Below are positions 10,703-18,948 of a DNA stretch of 64,000 nucleotides, one piece after another. The position numbers were made by a program, and so were the translations under genes. The notes beneath the pieces were generated by a model. The model was not told where the DNA came from. It made no database searches and saw nothing but the letters and a program-made list of their open reading frames with translations. The DNA is from an uncultured Candidatus Entotheonella sp. (GTDB taxonomy: Bacteria; Tectomicrobia; Entotheonellia; Entotheonellales; Entotheonellaceae): NCBI GenBank assembly GCA_965215335.1, contig CBDCDA010000001.1, forward strand, positions 1,056,001-1,120,000. The letters are read 5' to 3'. Position 1 is the stretch's first letter. Every line of letters starts with the position of its first letter.

Positions 10703-12187
10703 GATTGGCGCCTGGAAGAGAAGTCGGTTTCCTGGTGTCCGCGGTGCTGGCCAGTGTCGTGGCCCTGGTGCCGGTGGCCGACCTGGGGTTCGTCCTGGAC
10801 GAGCGGCTCGTGAGCATCGCGGCGGGGATCGCCGGGTTCTGGGTCTTCGTGCGGCTCGGCATGGTGTTGCGGGCGCGGGCGTGGTGGGGCGGCTGGAGGC
10901 GGTCGCCGCCGTGGGTCATCGAGGCGGCGGATCTGCCGCGCGAAGAACGTCGCACGGGCCGGCTGCCGAGGTGCCTCGTGCCGGCGAAAGACAAGGGCAT
11001 TCTGATCGGGCGGGGGTTCCAGTGGACGCCGCAGCACACCCAGGACCTCGAAAGCTTCATGCGCGACGGCGCCAGGCCGTTGCCGACGGGCACCGACGCG
11101 CGCGGCGGCTACCCGGCTCTGCACGCCGTGGGGATGGCGCAGGAGCGCCCGGTGGTGCTGCCGTTCAGCGAGCTGGTCGGGCACGTGCTCATCGGCGGCA
11201 CGACGCGAAGCGGCAAGACGCGCTTGCTGGAGGTGATCGTCTGCGAAGCGATCCGGGCGCCGGGCACGGTGGTGGTCATCGATCCCAAGGGCGACGCCGA
11301 CCTGCTCGTCCGGGCGGCGTCGCAGGCGCGTCGCCTGGGCCGCGAGTTCCGCTTCTTCAGCCCGGCGTTTCCGCACGCCTCGAAGAGCTTCAACCCGTTT
11401 TCGACGTGCGAGACCACCACCGAACTGGCGGCGCGGGTGCAGGCGCTGGTGCCGGGCGGCGGGGCGATGGCCCGGGACCCGTTCTTCACCGAATACCCGC
11501 TGGCGATCATCGAGCGCCTGGGTGCGGCGCAGGCGGCGGTGGGCGACAAGTGGAGCATCGAGGGGCTCAATGCGGTCACCACCCTGGTGCCGCATCGACG
11601 CCCTGAACAAGGGCGGCGGCGCGAAGGCGCGCTTCCTGCTGGCGATGCAGAGTCTGGCGGACCCGGAGTCGGCGATGGGTCGCGACGGGGCGCAGCGGGT
11701 TCTGGACAACCTGAACACGCGCATCTGGTTCCGGTTGACGGACGACCGCACGGCGAAGGTGGCGACCGAGGGCCTGGGGTTCACCCACGTGGAGTTCGAG
11801 GAGGCGGGTCACAGCCTGAGCTTCGGCGGCGTCGGCGGCCTGGTGGGCAACACCAGCGCGCGGCTGTCGCGGGTGGAAAAGCCGCTGATCCGCGCGGAAT
11901 GGCTGACGGCGATGCCGAGGGGCGAGTTCCTGTTGCGGTTGCGGGGCGAGAACTGGAAGGTTCGGGTGCCGCTGTTGCGGCCCGTTTCCAGGGAGGAACG
12001 GCGCGCGGTAGCCGAGCAGTACGAGTTGGGGGAGGTCCTGGGCGAGCTTCAGGAAAGCGGAGCCGGGCGCGGGCGTGCCGTCGAGCCGGTCTGCGGGGGT
12101 ATCCCGGAGGCGCCGCCGGGTCGCAACGGCAGGACGGAGGACGACCAGGAAGCGGTGGCGGCGGGGGCGACGTGGCTGGCGTGCTGA
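10699..12187 (+). pseudogene. traD: Type IV coupling protein (TraD-like, ICE type) with internal deletion and frameshift
   Basis: Two N-terminal TMs, LIGRGFQWTPQHTQ, Walker A GGTTRSGKT, VVVIDPKGD, SFNPF. At ~11595 it jumps to another frame: IDALNKGGGA...AMQSLAD...VLDNLNTRIWFR. The middle segment with the Walker B DE motif is missing. Confidence 0.8.
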
Positions 12188-12221
12188 GCGGGTGGGCGCA
12201 TTCATCGGGAGGCGGCGGATC

Positions 12222-12722
12222 ATGAGGCGACGGCATGGGCGGGTCTTGCTGGCCCTGGGGCTGTTCGGGCTGGGTGCCGCGGCGTCGGGCCAGGACGTGG
12301 ACAGGGGCGTGGTCAGTCCGTACTTCGAGTGTCCCTACGTCAACTATTTCGATACCGACTGCCCGCAGCTGCGCGAGCGGGAAACACGCGAGCCCGTGGC
12401 CGCGGCGCGGTCGCCGGTCGAGGAACGGGCGCGGGCGGCGCCCTCCGACGAGGCGGGCGAGCCGGAAGCCGAAGCGGGCGCCGGTCAGGGGTTGACGCCG
12501 GAGGAACTGATCCTGTTCCCGAGGGAGAGTCTGGCGCCGGACGCGCCGCCGTTGTTTCGTCTTCTGCTTTCCGATCCGACGCTGGAGAACGCGCGGCGCT
12601 ACGTGCGCTGGCATGCGCGGCGCGCGGCGCGGCTCCGGGTGGTGCAGGCGCTCATCCGGCAGGTGGGCGAGGAACCGCAGGCGGTCGGCGACCCGGCGGC
12701 GCGCCCGGTGGAGTCGGAGTGA
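12222..12722 (+). CDS. Secreted hypothetical protein of the conjugative element
   Basis: Signal peptide MRRRHGRVLLALGLFGLGAAASG; DPTLENARRYVRW resembles helical motifs of TraF-type proteins (weak). Confidence 0.5.
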   Translation: MRRRHGRVLLALGLFGLGAAASGQDVDRGVVSPYFECPYVNYFDTDCPQLRERETREPVAAARSPVEERARAAPSDEAGEPEAEAGAGQGLTPEELILFPRESLAPDAPPLFRLLLSDPTLENARRYVRWHARRAARLRVVQALIRQVGEEPQAVGDPAARPVESE

Positions 12723-13793
12723 TGTTCGGACGGGGTCGGAAAGGCGGCTCGTCGGGGCCGTCTTCGGCGGCGACGGGTCCTGATCTCGAGGCGCTCGCGG
12801 CGGTGTTGCCGGCGCGCGCGGGCTGGGAGGGTTTCGTGGGCCGGGTGGTGCTGTGCTGCGGGGATCTGGCGGCGCCGGAAGGCTCGACGACGCTGGCGGC
12901 GGGTTGCGTGGCGGCGGGTTGCGCGGCGGCTTCGGCGGTGGACAAGACGCGCTTGTGGGAGCGCCTGGCGCCTGGCGCCTGCCGGCCGGCGCGCGCGGCA
13001 AGGCTTCGAGGCGCGCGTGCGGCTGGGGCTGTTCTTCGCGGGCGGCCTGAAATACCTGTTGCCGCGGCTGTGCGCGGCGCGGGTCAGCGTGAACGGGGTG
13101 GCCTGGGAGCCGTTCTACAGGTCGCTGCCCGACTTCCTGGACGACCACGGCGGCGAGCCGGAAATCACCTGGCGGGAATCGCCGCCGCACGCCGGTCGGG
13201 TGCTGACGCTGGCGGCGTTTTTCCTGCGCCGGAAAGAGGTGGTGGAGGAGTTGACGCCGGTGGTGGCGCAGGAGGTGTTCGACTACCTGCGCCCGGACGG
13301 CCAGCGGGGGCTTTTCGGGACGATGCTCGGCGACGCCGGACAGGGTATCGGGCAAGAGGAGCCGGTGGACGTGGCGGGTGTGTTCCTGGAGGCGCTGGCG
13401 CAGGCGGTGGCGCGCCAGGAGGTGCGGGTGAACACGCGGGTGAAGGGGCACGTGTTCGTGACGCCGGCGGTCTGGTTTCTGACGACGCCGGTGGGCCTGG
13501 ACTGCGTGACGGAGCTGCTTCGCAGGCGTTCGCGAGGCCGTCGGCACGACCTGACGCGCCACGCGGTGTTCGAGGCGCTTCGTTCAGGGAGTTGTCTGGC
13601 TGGCGTGGAGGCCAGCGGGGCGGGCAAGGCGGCGCGGGTCCATGAGGTTGATTCGGGAGTCTGGGAGGCGCCGCTCGAGTTGAAGGGATTGCCGGTCTTG
13701 TCCGGCAAGTTGCCCGGGCGGCCCACGGCGCCGCTCTTCGACGGCACCGTTACCTTGAAAAGGGAGAACGTCGATGGAAATCGTACGGACTGA
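12722..13793 (+). pseudogene. Possible MobH/TraI_2-like relaxase remnant, frameshifted near 12960-13020
   Basis: ATG overlaps the previous stop; frame changes near a GCGCCTG short repeat. FLEALAQAV...VRVN...HVFV...FLTTP resembles the TraI_2 C-terminal domain; no HD motif seen. Confidence 0.4.
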
Positions 13794-14565
13794 CGCTTCT
13801 GGCAGGTCCGTGAACCACGAGGGGCCTGGACGCGACGGCGGCGGCCCGTTCGTCGGCCGGCGGCGGCGCGACTGGATACGTGGCCTGTTGAGCAACATGG
13901 GGAGTCAGAACGATTACCTGGTGTTCCAGCCAGCGGCCTGCTTCACCCGCATGCTCGGCGACCGGGTGTTGCGATTGAACGACGTCCTGGGCGAGGTCCG
14001 CAGCCAGGGACCGGAGCTCATCGCATCGGTCGGGATTGCCAGGCTGCGGGCGCACTATGCGGGACTGGACGAGCTCGTGGAGGCAACACGCGGCAGGCTG
14101 CTCGTCCTGACGGCGTATTGCAACAAGGGGGTCGGGGGGCGCTTCCGGGAGGCCCTGGAGAGCGTCGAGTTCACGACGGCGGACAGGTCGGACGAGGCGG
14201 CTGCCGAAGGGCGCCCGGGCTCGCCGGACGGCCACGTTGCCGCGGCGGCTGCCGGGACGGCCGGCAGGGACGTTTTCGGCGCCTTGCGGCAGCGTCAGTT
14301 CAGCCAGGGCATCCTGACGGCATTTGGTCGCGACCAGGGCTGCGTGGCGTTTCAGCCGTCGCCGTTCCTCGGCCGTTTCCTGAGCGAGCTGGTCTATTCG
14401 CTCAATCATGCGCTGCGGCGTCTGGAGGACGCCACGTTGTCCCACGTCATGTCCGGTGACGGCAAGACGCTGCAGGACTATTACCTTGGACTGGAAGACG
14501 GCCTGGCCGGTATCGGCAAGGACCTGGACGGCATCATCGCCTACTGCAAGCGCGAGGTGGCATGA
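13774..14565 (+). CDS. Hypothetical protein with two internally repeated helical domains
   Basis: 263-aa ORF with GGAG RBS; YLVFQPAACFTRMLGDRVLRLNDVL vs CVAFQPSPFLGRFLSELVYSLNHAL; terminator follows. Confidence 0.65.
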   Translation: MEIVRTDASGRSVNHEGPGRDGGGPFVGRRRRDWIRGLLSNMGSQNDYLVFQPAACFTRMLGDRVLRLNDVLGEVRSQGPELIASVGIARLRAHYAGLDELVEATRGRLLVLTAYCNKGVGGRFREALESVEFTTADRSDEAAAEGRPGSPDGHVAAAAAGTAGRDVFGALRQRQFSQGILTAFGRDQGCVAFQPSPFLGRFLSELVYSLNHALRRLEDATLSHVMSGDGKTLQDYYLGLEDGLAGIGKDLDGIIAYCKREVA

Positions 14566-14600
14566 ACGCACCTGAACCGGCAGGAAATCGGCATTCTGGC

Positions 14601-14636
14601 GGGCTGGTTCCTTTCTCTGGAACCAGCCCTTTTTTT
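14601..14636 (+). terminator. Rho-independent terminator
   Basis: GGGCTGGTTCC-7 nt-GGAACCAGCCC followed by T7. Confidence 0.85.
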
Positions 14637-14823
14637 GCTTGCCATTTCTCGTGGATTGGTGTACGCAGGACGCCTTGACAAAAAACCCCGACCACATCCC
14701 GCATCCAGGAAGTTTTCACGGGGTTTCTTTCCTGAGAAAAAAGCCGGCCGCATCCCGCATCGTCCGAGTTTTACCGGCTTTCTTGGACACCCGGTGGCGA
14801 CGTTTCGCAGCCACCCGAAGCAG

Positions 14824-15350
14824 AGGCAGGTCGTGAGTCTTCTCGCGGCTGCCCGGAGTAGGAAGTACAGGCAGGTCGTGAGTCTTCTCGCGACTGCCCG
14901 GAGTAGGAAGTACAGGCAGGTCGTGAGTCTTCTCGCGGCTGCCCGGAGTAGGAAGTATAGGCAGGTCGTGAGTCTTCTTGCGACCGCCCGGAGTAGGAAG
15001 TATAGGCAGGTCGTGAGTCTTCTCGCGGCTGCCCGGAGTAGGAAGTACAGGCAGGTCGTGAGTCTTCTTGCGACCGCCCGGAGTAGGAAGTACAGGCAGG
15101 TCGTGAGTCTTCTCGCGGCTGCCCGGAGTAGGAAGTACAGGCAGGTCGTGAGTCTTCTCGCGACTGCCCGGAGTAGGAAGTACAGGCAGGTCGTGAGTCT
15201 CTCGCGGCTGCCCGGAGTAGGAAGTACAGGCAGGTCGTGAGTCTTCTCGCGACTGCCCGGAGTAGGAAGTATAGGCAGGTCGTGAGTCTTCTCGCGACTG
15301 CCCGGAATACCTGCCGGTCGTGAGTCTCTCGCGGCCACCCGGAGTAGGAA
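14824..15350. repeat. Tandem array of 45-bp units (about 10 full plus 2 degenerate)
   Basis: Unit AGGCAGGTCGTGAGTCTTCTYGCGRCYGCCCGGAGTAGGAAGTAY starting at 14824, 14869, 14914, etc.; the ninth unit is 44 bp. Confidence 0.97.
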
Positions 15351-15500
15351 TACCCGTCTCACGTCATCCCGGCTGCCTTGCGCAGTCAGATCTCCGGCTG
15401 CTTTTACGGCGGCCGATTCCATGCGGAAGTCCATCTGGCCGCCTCGGGCGGCCGATCCACCGGCGCCATCCGTGCGCCCCAAAGCTGAAGGAGAAGTACC

Positions 15501-15878
15501 ATGTCGGACACCAACGTCGTCGTGATGACTGGCAATCTGACTCGTGATCCGGAGTTGAATTACACCCCCAAGGGTGTTGCCGTGGCAAGCATGGGGCTGG
15601 CGAGCAATCGCCGGTACCGCGCAGGAAATGACGAGTTCAAGGAAGAAGTGCACTTTCTGGACGTGACCGTCTTCGGTTCCATGGCCGAAGCCGTGGCGAA
15701 GTACCTCGACAAAGGCCGCAAGGTCCTGGTCGAAGGTCGGCTGCGCTATCAGACGTGGGACGCCGAAGACGGCGGCAAGCGTTCCAGGGTGGACGTGGTT
15801 GCCGAGCGCGTGAATTTTCTGCCGCGCGGCAACAGGAATGGCGACGAAGTCGCCGGTAACGACGAGGTCTCGTCCTGA
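15501..15878 (+). CDS. ssb: Single-stranded DNA-binding protein
   Basis: NVVVMTGNLTRDPELNYT, AKYLDKGRKVLVEGRLRYQTW; AGGAG RBS; short C-tail without a DDIPF motif. Confidence 0.95.
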   Translation: MSDTNVVVMTGNLTRDPELNYTPKGVAVASMGLASNRRYRAGNDEFKEEVHFLDVTVFGSMAEAVAKYLDKGRKVLVEGRLRYQTWDAEDGGKRSRVDVVAERVNFLPRGNRNGDEVAGNDEVSS

Positions 15879-16058
15879 GTTGCGGAGATCAGGGGGCCGG
15901 CCTTTGGCTTGCCCTCGAAATCCCTTGATGGTGAAGGTGTTCTTTTTCAGTTGATCCCCGTACAGGGATCGACGACCGGGGCCAGCAGCCCTGTCCACCT
16001 GGTTTCAGGGTGGGCCGGGGCCGCGGCCGTCCGGTCCGCTCTGATGAGGAGCAGCAAC

Positions 16059-16421
16059 GTGGCTGAAGAATTCGTCAGGAAGGAGCACTTCGAGGAGTTC
16101 GTGAAGCGCGTGGACGAGCGTTTTCTTGGCGTGGAGAAGCGGATGGAGCAGGGTTTTGCGCACGCCGAGAAGGCTCGGGAACAGAACCTTGTTCATCTCA
16201 ACCAGCGCTTCGACGACATGAACCGAGGCATGAACCAGCGCTTCGACGACATGAGCCGAGGCATGAATCAGCGCTTCGACGACATGAACCGAGGCGTGAA
16301 CCAGCGCTTCGACGGTCTGGAGAAACGGTTTGACGATCTGCGCAGGATCATCCTGCTGATGTTGGGCACCATCGTGGCTGCTGCTTTTGGGGTCATGGTG
16401 AAGGTGTTCTTTTTCAGTTGA
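16059..16421 (+). CDS. Coiled-coil protein with C-terminal TM (DUF1640/CCDC90-like architecture), cassette 1, 120 aa
   Basis: AGGAG RBS plus GTG; AEEFVRKEHFEEFVKR, three DDMNRGMNQRF-type repeats, tail IILLMLGTIVAAAFGVMVKVFFFS. Confidence 0.8.
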   Translation: MAEEFVRKEHFEEFVKRVDERFLGVEKRMEQGFAHAEKAREQNLVHLNQRFDDMNRGMNQRFDDMSRGMNQRFDDMNRGVNQRFDGLEKRFDDLRRIILLMLGTIVAAAFGVMVKVFFFS

Positions 16422-16525
16422 TCCCCGTACAGGGATCGACGACCGGGGCCAGCAGCCCTGTCCACCTGGTTTCAGGGTGGGCCGGGGCCGCGGCCGTCCG
16501 GTCCGCTCTGACAAGGAGCAGCAAC

Positions 16526-16861
16526 ATGGCTGAAGAATTCGTCAGGAAGGAGCACTTCGAGGAGTTCGTGAAGCGCGTGGACGAGCGTTTTCTTGGCGTG
16601 GAGAAGCGGATGGAGCAGGGTTTTGCGCACGCCGAGAAGGCGCGGGAACAGAACCTTGTTCATCTCAACCAGCGCTTCGAGCAGGTTGACAAGCGCTTCG
16701 ACAGTCTGGAAAGGCGGATGGACCAGGGCTTTGCGCAAGTTCATCTGGACGTAAGCCAGATGCGCAATTGGCTGGTGCGGCTTTACGCATTGGTGGTCTT
16801 TGGCTTCGTCGGCGCGATCGCGCTGATTCTGTTCAAGGACCTGTTTTTTTCAAGTAGTTGA
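16526..16861 (+). CDS. Coiled-coil/TM paralogue, cassette 2, 111 aa
   Basis: Same N-terminus; alternative tail MRNWLVRLYALVVFGFVGAIALILFKD. Confidence 0.8.
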   Translation: MAEEFVRKEHFEEFVKRVDERFLGVEKRMEQGFAHAEKAREQNLVHLNQRFEQVDKRFDSLERRMDQGFAQVHLDVSQMRNWLVRLYALVVFGFVGAIALILFKDLFFSSS

Positions 16862-16947
16862 CGACCGGGGCCGGCAGCCCTGTCCACCTGGTTTCAGGGT
16901 GGGCCGGGGCCGCGGCCATCCGGTCCGCTCTGACGAGGAGCAGCAAC

Positions 16948-17178
16948 ATGGCTGAAGAATTCGTCAGGAAGGAGCACTTCGAGGAGTTCGTGAAGCGCAT
17001 GGAGGCGGGCCTTGCTCATGTGAACGAGCTTGCCGACCAGCGCTACGACAGCATGAATCAGCGCTTCGACAGTCTGGAGAAACGGTTTGACGATCTGCGC
17101 AGGATCATCCTGCTGATGTTGGGCACCATCGTGGCTGCTGCTATTGGGGCCATGGTGAAGGTGTCCTTTTTCAGTTGA
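16948..17178 (+). CDS. Coiled-coil/TM paralogue, cassette 3, 76 aa
   Basis: Same N-terminus, MEAGLAHVNELADQRY module, type-1 tail. Confidence 0.8.
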   Translation: MAEEFVRKEHFEEFVKRMEAGLAHVNELADQRYDSMNQRFDSLEKRFDDLRRIILLMLGTIVAAAIGAMVKVSFFS

Positions 17179-17282
17179 TCCCCGTACAGGGATCGACGAC
17201 CGGGGCCAGCAGCCCTGTCCACCTGGTTTCAGGGTGGGCCGGGGCCGCGGCCGTCCGGTCCGCTCTGACAAGGAGCAGCAAC

Positions 17283-17600
17283 GTGGCTGAAGAATTCGTC
17301 AGGAAGGAGCACTTCGAGGAGTTCGTGAAGCGGATGGAGTCGGGCCTTGCTCATGTGAACGAGCTTGCCGACCAGCGCTACGACAGCATGACCCAACGGT
17401 TGGCGGATGCCGAGAAGGCGCGGGAACAGAACTTCGTGTACCTCAACCAGCGCTTCGACGACATGAACCGGAGCGTGAATCAGCGCTTCGACGGTCTGGA
17501 GAAACGGTTTGACGACCAGCGCAGGATCATCCTGCTGATGTTGAGCACCATCGTGGCTGCTGCTATTGGGGCCATGGTGAAGGTGTTCTTTTTCAGTTGA
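17283..17600 (+). CDS. Coiled-coil/TM paralogue, cassette 4, 105 aa
   Basis: GTG start, one 11-aa repeat, type-1 tail. Confidence 0.8.
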   Translation: MAEEFVRKEHFEEFVKRMESGLAHVNELADQRYDSMTQRLADAEKAREQNFVYLNQRFDDMNRSVNQRFDGLEKRFDDQRRIILLMLSTIVAAAIGAMVKVFFFS

Positions 17601-17704
17601 TCCCCGTACAGGGATCGACGACCGGGGCCGGCAGCCCTGTCCACCTGGTTTCAGGGTGGGCCGGGGCCGCGGCCGTCCGGTCCGCTCTGACGAGGAGCAG
17701 CAAC

Positions 17705-18100
17705 ATGGCTGAAGAATTTGTCAGGAAGGAGCACTTCGAGGAGTTCGTGAAGCGCATGGAGTCGGGCCTTGCTCATGTGAACGAGCTTGCCGACCAGCGC
17801 CACGACAGCATGACCCAACGGTTGGCGGATGCCGAGAAGGCGCGGGAACAGAACTTCGTGTACCTCAACCAGCGCTTCGACGACATGAACCGGAGCGTGA
17901 ACCAGCGCTTCGACGACATGAACCGAGGCGTGAACCAGCGCTTAGACAGTCTGGAAAGGCGGATGGACCAGGGCTTTGCGCAAGTTCATTTGGACGTAAG
18001 CCAGATGCGCAATTGGCTGGTACGGCTGTATGCATTGGTGGTCTTTGGCTTCGTCGGCGCGATTGCGCTGATTCTGTTCAAGGACCTGCTTTTCAAGTAG
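17705..18100 (+). CDS. Coiled-coil/TM paralogue, cassette 5, 131 aa
   Basis: ATG start, two 11-aa repeats, type-2 tail. Confidence 0.8.
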   Translation: MAEEFVRKEHFEEFVKRMESGLAHVNELADQRHDSMTQRLADAEKAREQNFVYLNQRFDDMNRSVNQRFDDMNRGVNQRLDSLERRMDQGFAQVHLDVSQMRNWLVRLYALVVFGFVGAIALILFKDLLFK

Positions 18101-18368
18101 TTGACGACCGGGGCCGGCAGCCCTGTCCACCTGGTTTTCAGGGTGGGCCGGGGCCGCGGCCGTCCGGTCCGCTCTGATGAGGAGCAGCAAGGTGGCTGAA
18201 GAATTCGTCAGGAAGGAGCACTTCGAGTTGAAAGAGGCGCGCAGTCCGGGCCATCCGAGGCTGTGCCGTCTGCTCGGCAGATGGGGAAGTCCGGTCGGGG
18301 CCGTTTCGGTGCCCCAGGCAAGTCCGAGGTCACGGTACCAAGGAACGAGCGATGAAGGGACTGATCGA

Positions 18369-18577
18369 AGGACGGCATGCAACCGTCCTGCACTGCGGGC
18401 GCTGCGAAGCGCCGTTGTCGGCGTCCAGCCGACAAGGGTTTCCGTCGCGTCCAGCGACGGCGGCAGCCCAGCGGCGTCCAGCCGCGACCGGGGCTGCCAG
18501 CAGCCGCAAGGCTGCTCACTTACGGCGCGCAAGCGTCGTCTCTACTGCGAGCGCCAGCGAGCGGGTAGAGACGACGC
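18369..18577. other. Cluster of stem-loops, three sharing the loop GTCCA (candidate ncRNA or ssDNA signal)
   Basis: TTGTCGGC-GTCCA-GCCGACAA (18415-35); CCGTCGC-GTCCA-GCGACGG (18442-60); GCGGC-GTCCA-GCCGC (18471-85); GCAGCC-GCAA-GGCTGC (18500-15); 13-bp stem 18533-45/18565-77. Confidence 0.6.
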
Positions 18578-18948
18578 CCGGAAACGCCACCCCTTGAAAC
18601 GCTAACTGACTGAATAAAGGAGGTTTATGGATTCATAAAGGGCCGCAAACGTCATTCTGGGGAAAAAACGCCAGACAACGGCATGCCCAAAATGGCCGAC
18701 CATCGACTTTTTCCCTGCTTCCCTCGGCCACCAGGCCGTCGGGGCAGGACGGGTTATCCCAAACGAGTCCTGCGGGACTGAGTTGGTCTGCTTCCTTGAG
18801 TGGAAGTAACGGCTTGCAGGCTGTCGCCGGTTTGCCGTACTCGCTCTGATACGTCAGGGCTGGTGACCAGCAACACTAAGCGCAACGACAATCCGGTAGC
18901 GTTCCGAGCGGTTTTCAGGCTGAAAATCGAGTGTCGGAGGTGCGTCCG

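Larger units (their letters stand above)
15928..18227 (+). repeat. Tandem array of gene cassettes: shared 88-bp leader plus modular coiled-coil/TM ORF
   Basis: Near-identical leader at 15971, 16438, 16860, 17195, 17617, 18103, each followed by RTG GCT GAA GAA TTY GTC AGG AAG GAG CAC TTC GAG. A 3' remnant lies at 15928-15954 and a 5' remnant at 18192-18227. Confidence 0.95.

Noticed and set aside
14824..15350. CRISPR array
   Set aside because: The intervening sequence is constant, with no unique spacers, and no cas genes are in the window.
14541..15998. Long ORFs through the 45-bp repeat (RQVVSLLAAARSRKY / RRLTTCLYFLLRAAA)
   Set aside because: By-products of a unit length divisible by 3; the 44-bp unit shifts the frame, and the minus ORF overlaps ssb antisense.
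16041..16080. Hammerhead ribozyme suggested by CTGATGAG/CTGACGAG in the leader
   Set aside because: No GAAA core or proper stem II follows, and two copies read CTGACAAG.
15909..17704. N-terminal extensions (MIPVQGSTTG...) given in the ORF track for the cassette genes
   Set aside because: They read through the leader; the AGGAG RBS points to the downstream ATG/GTG, and the sixth leader has a 1-nt insertion.
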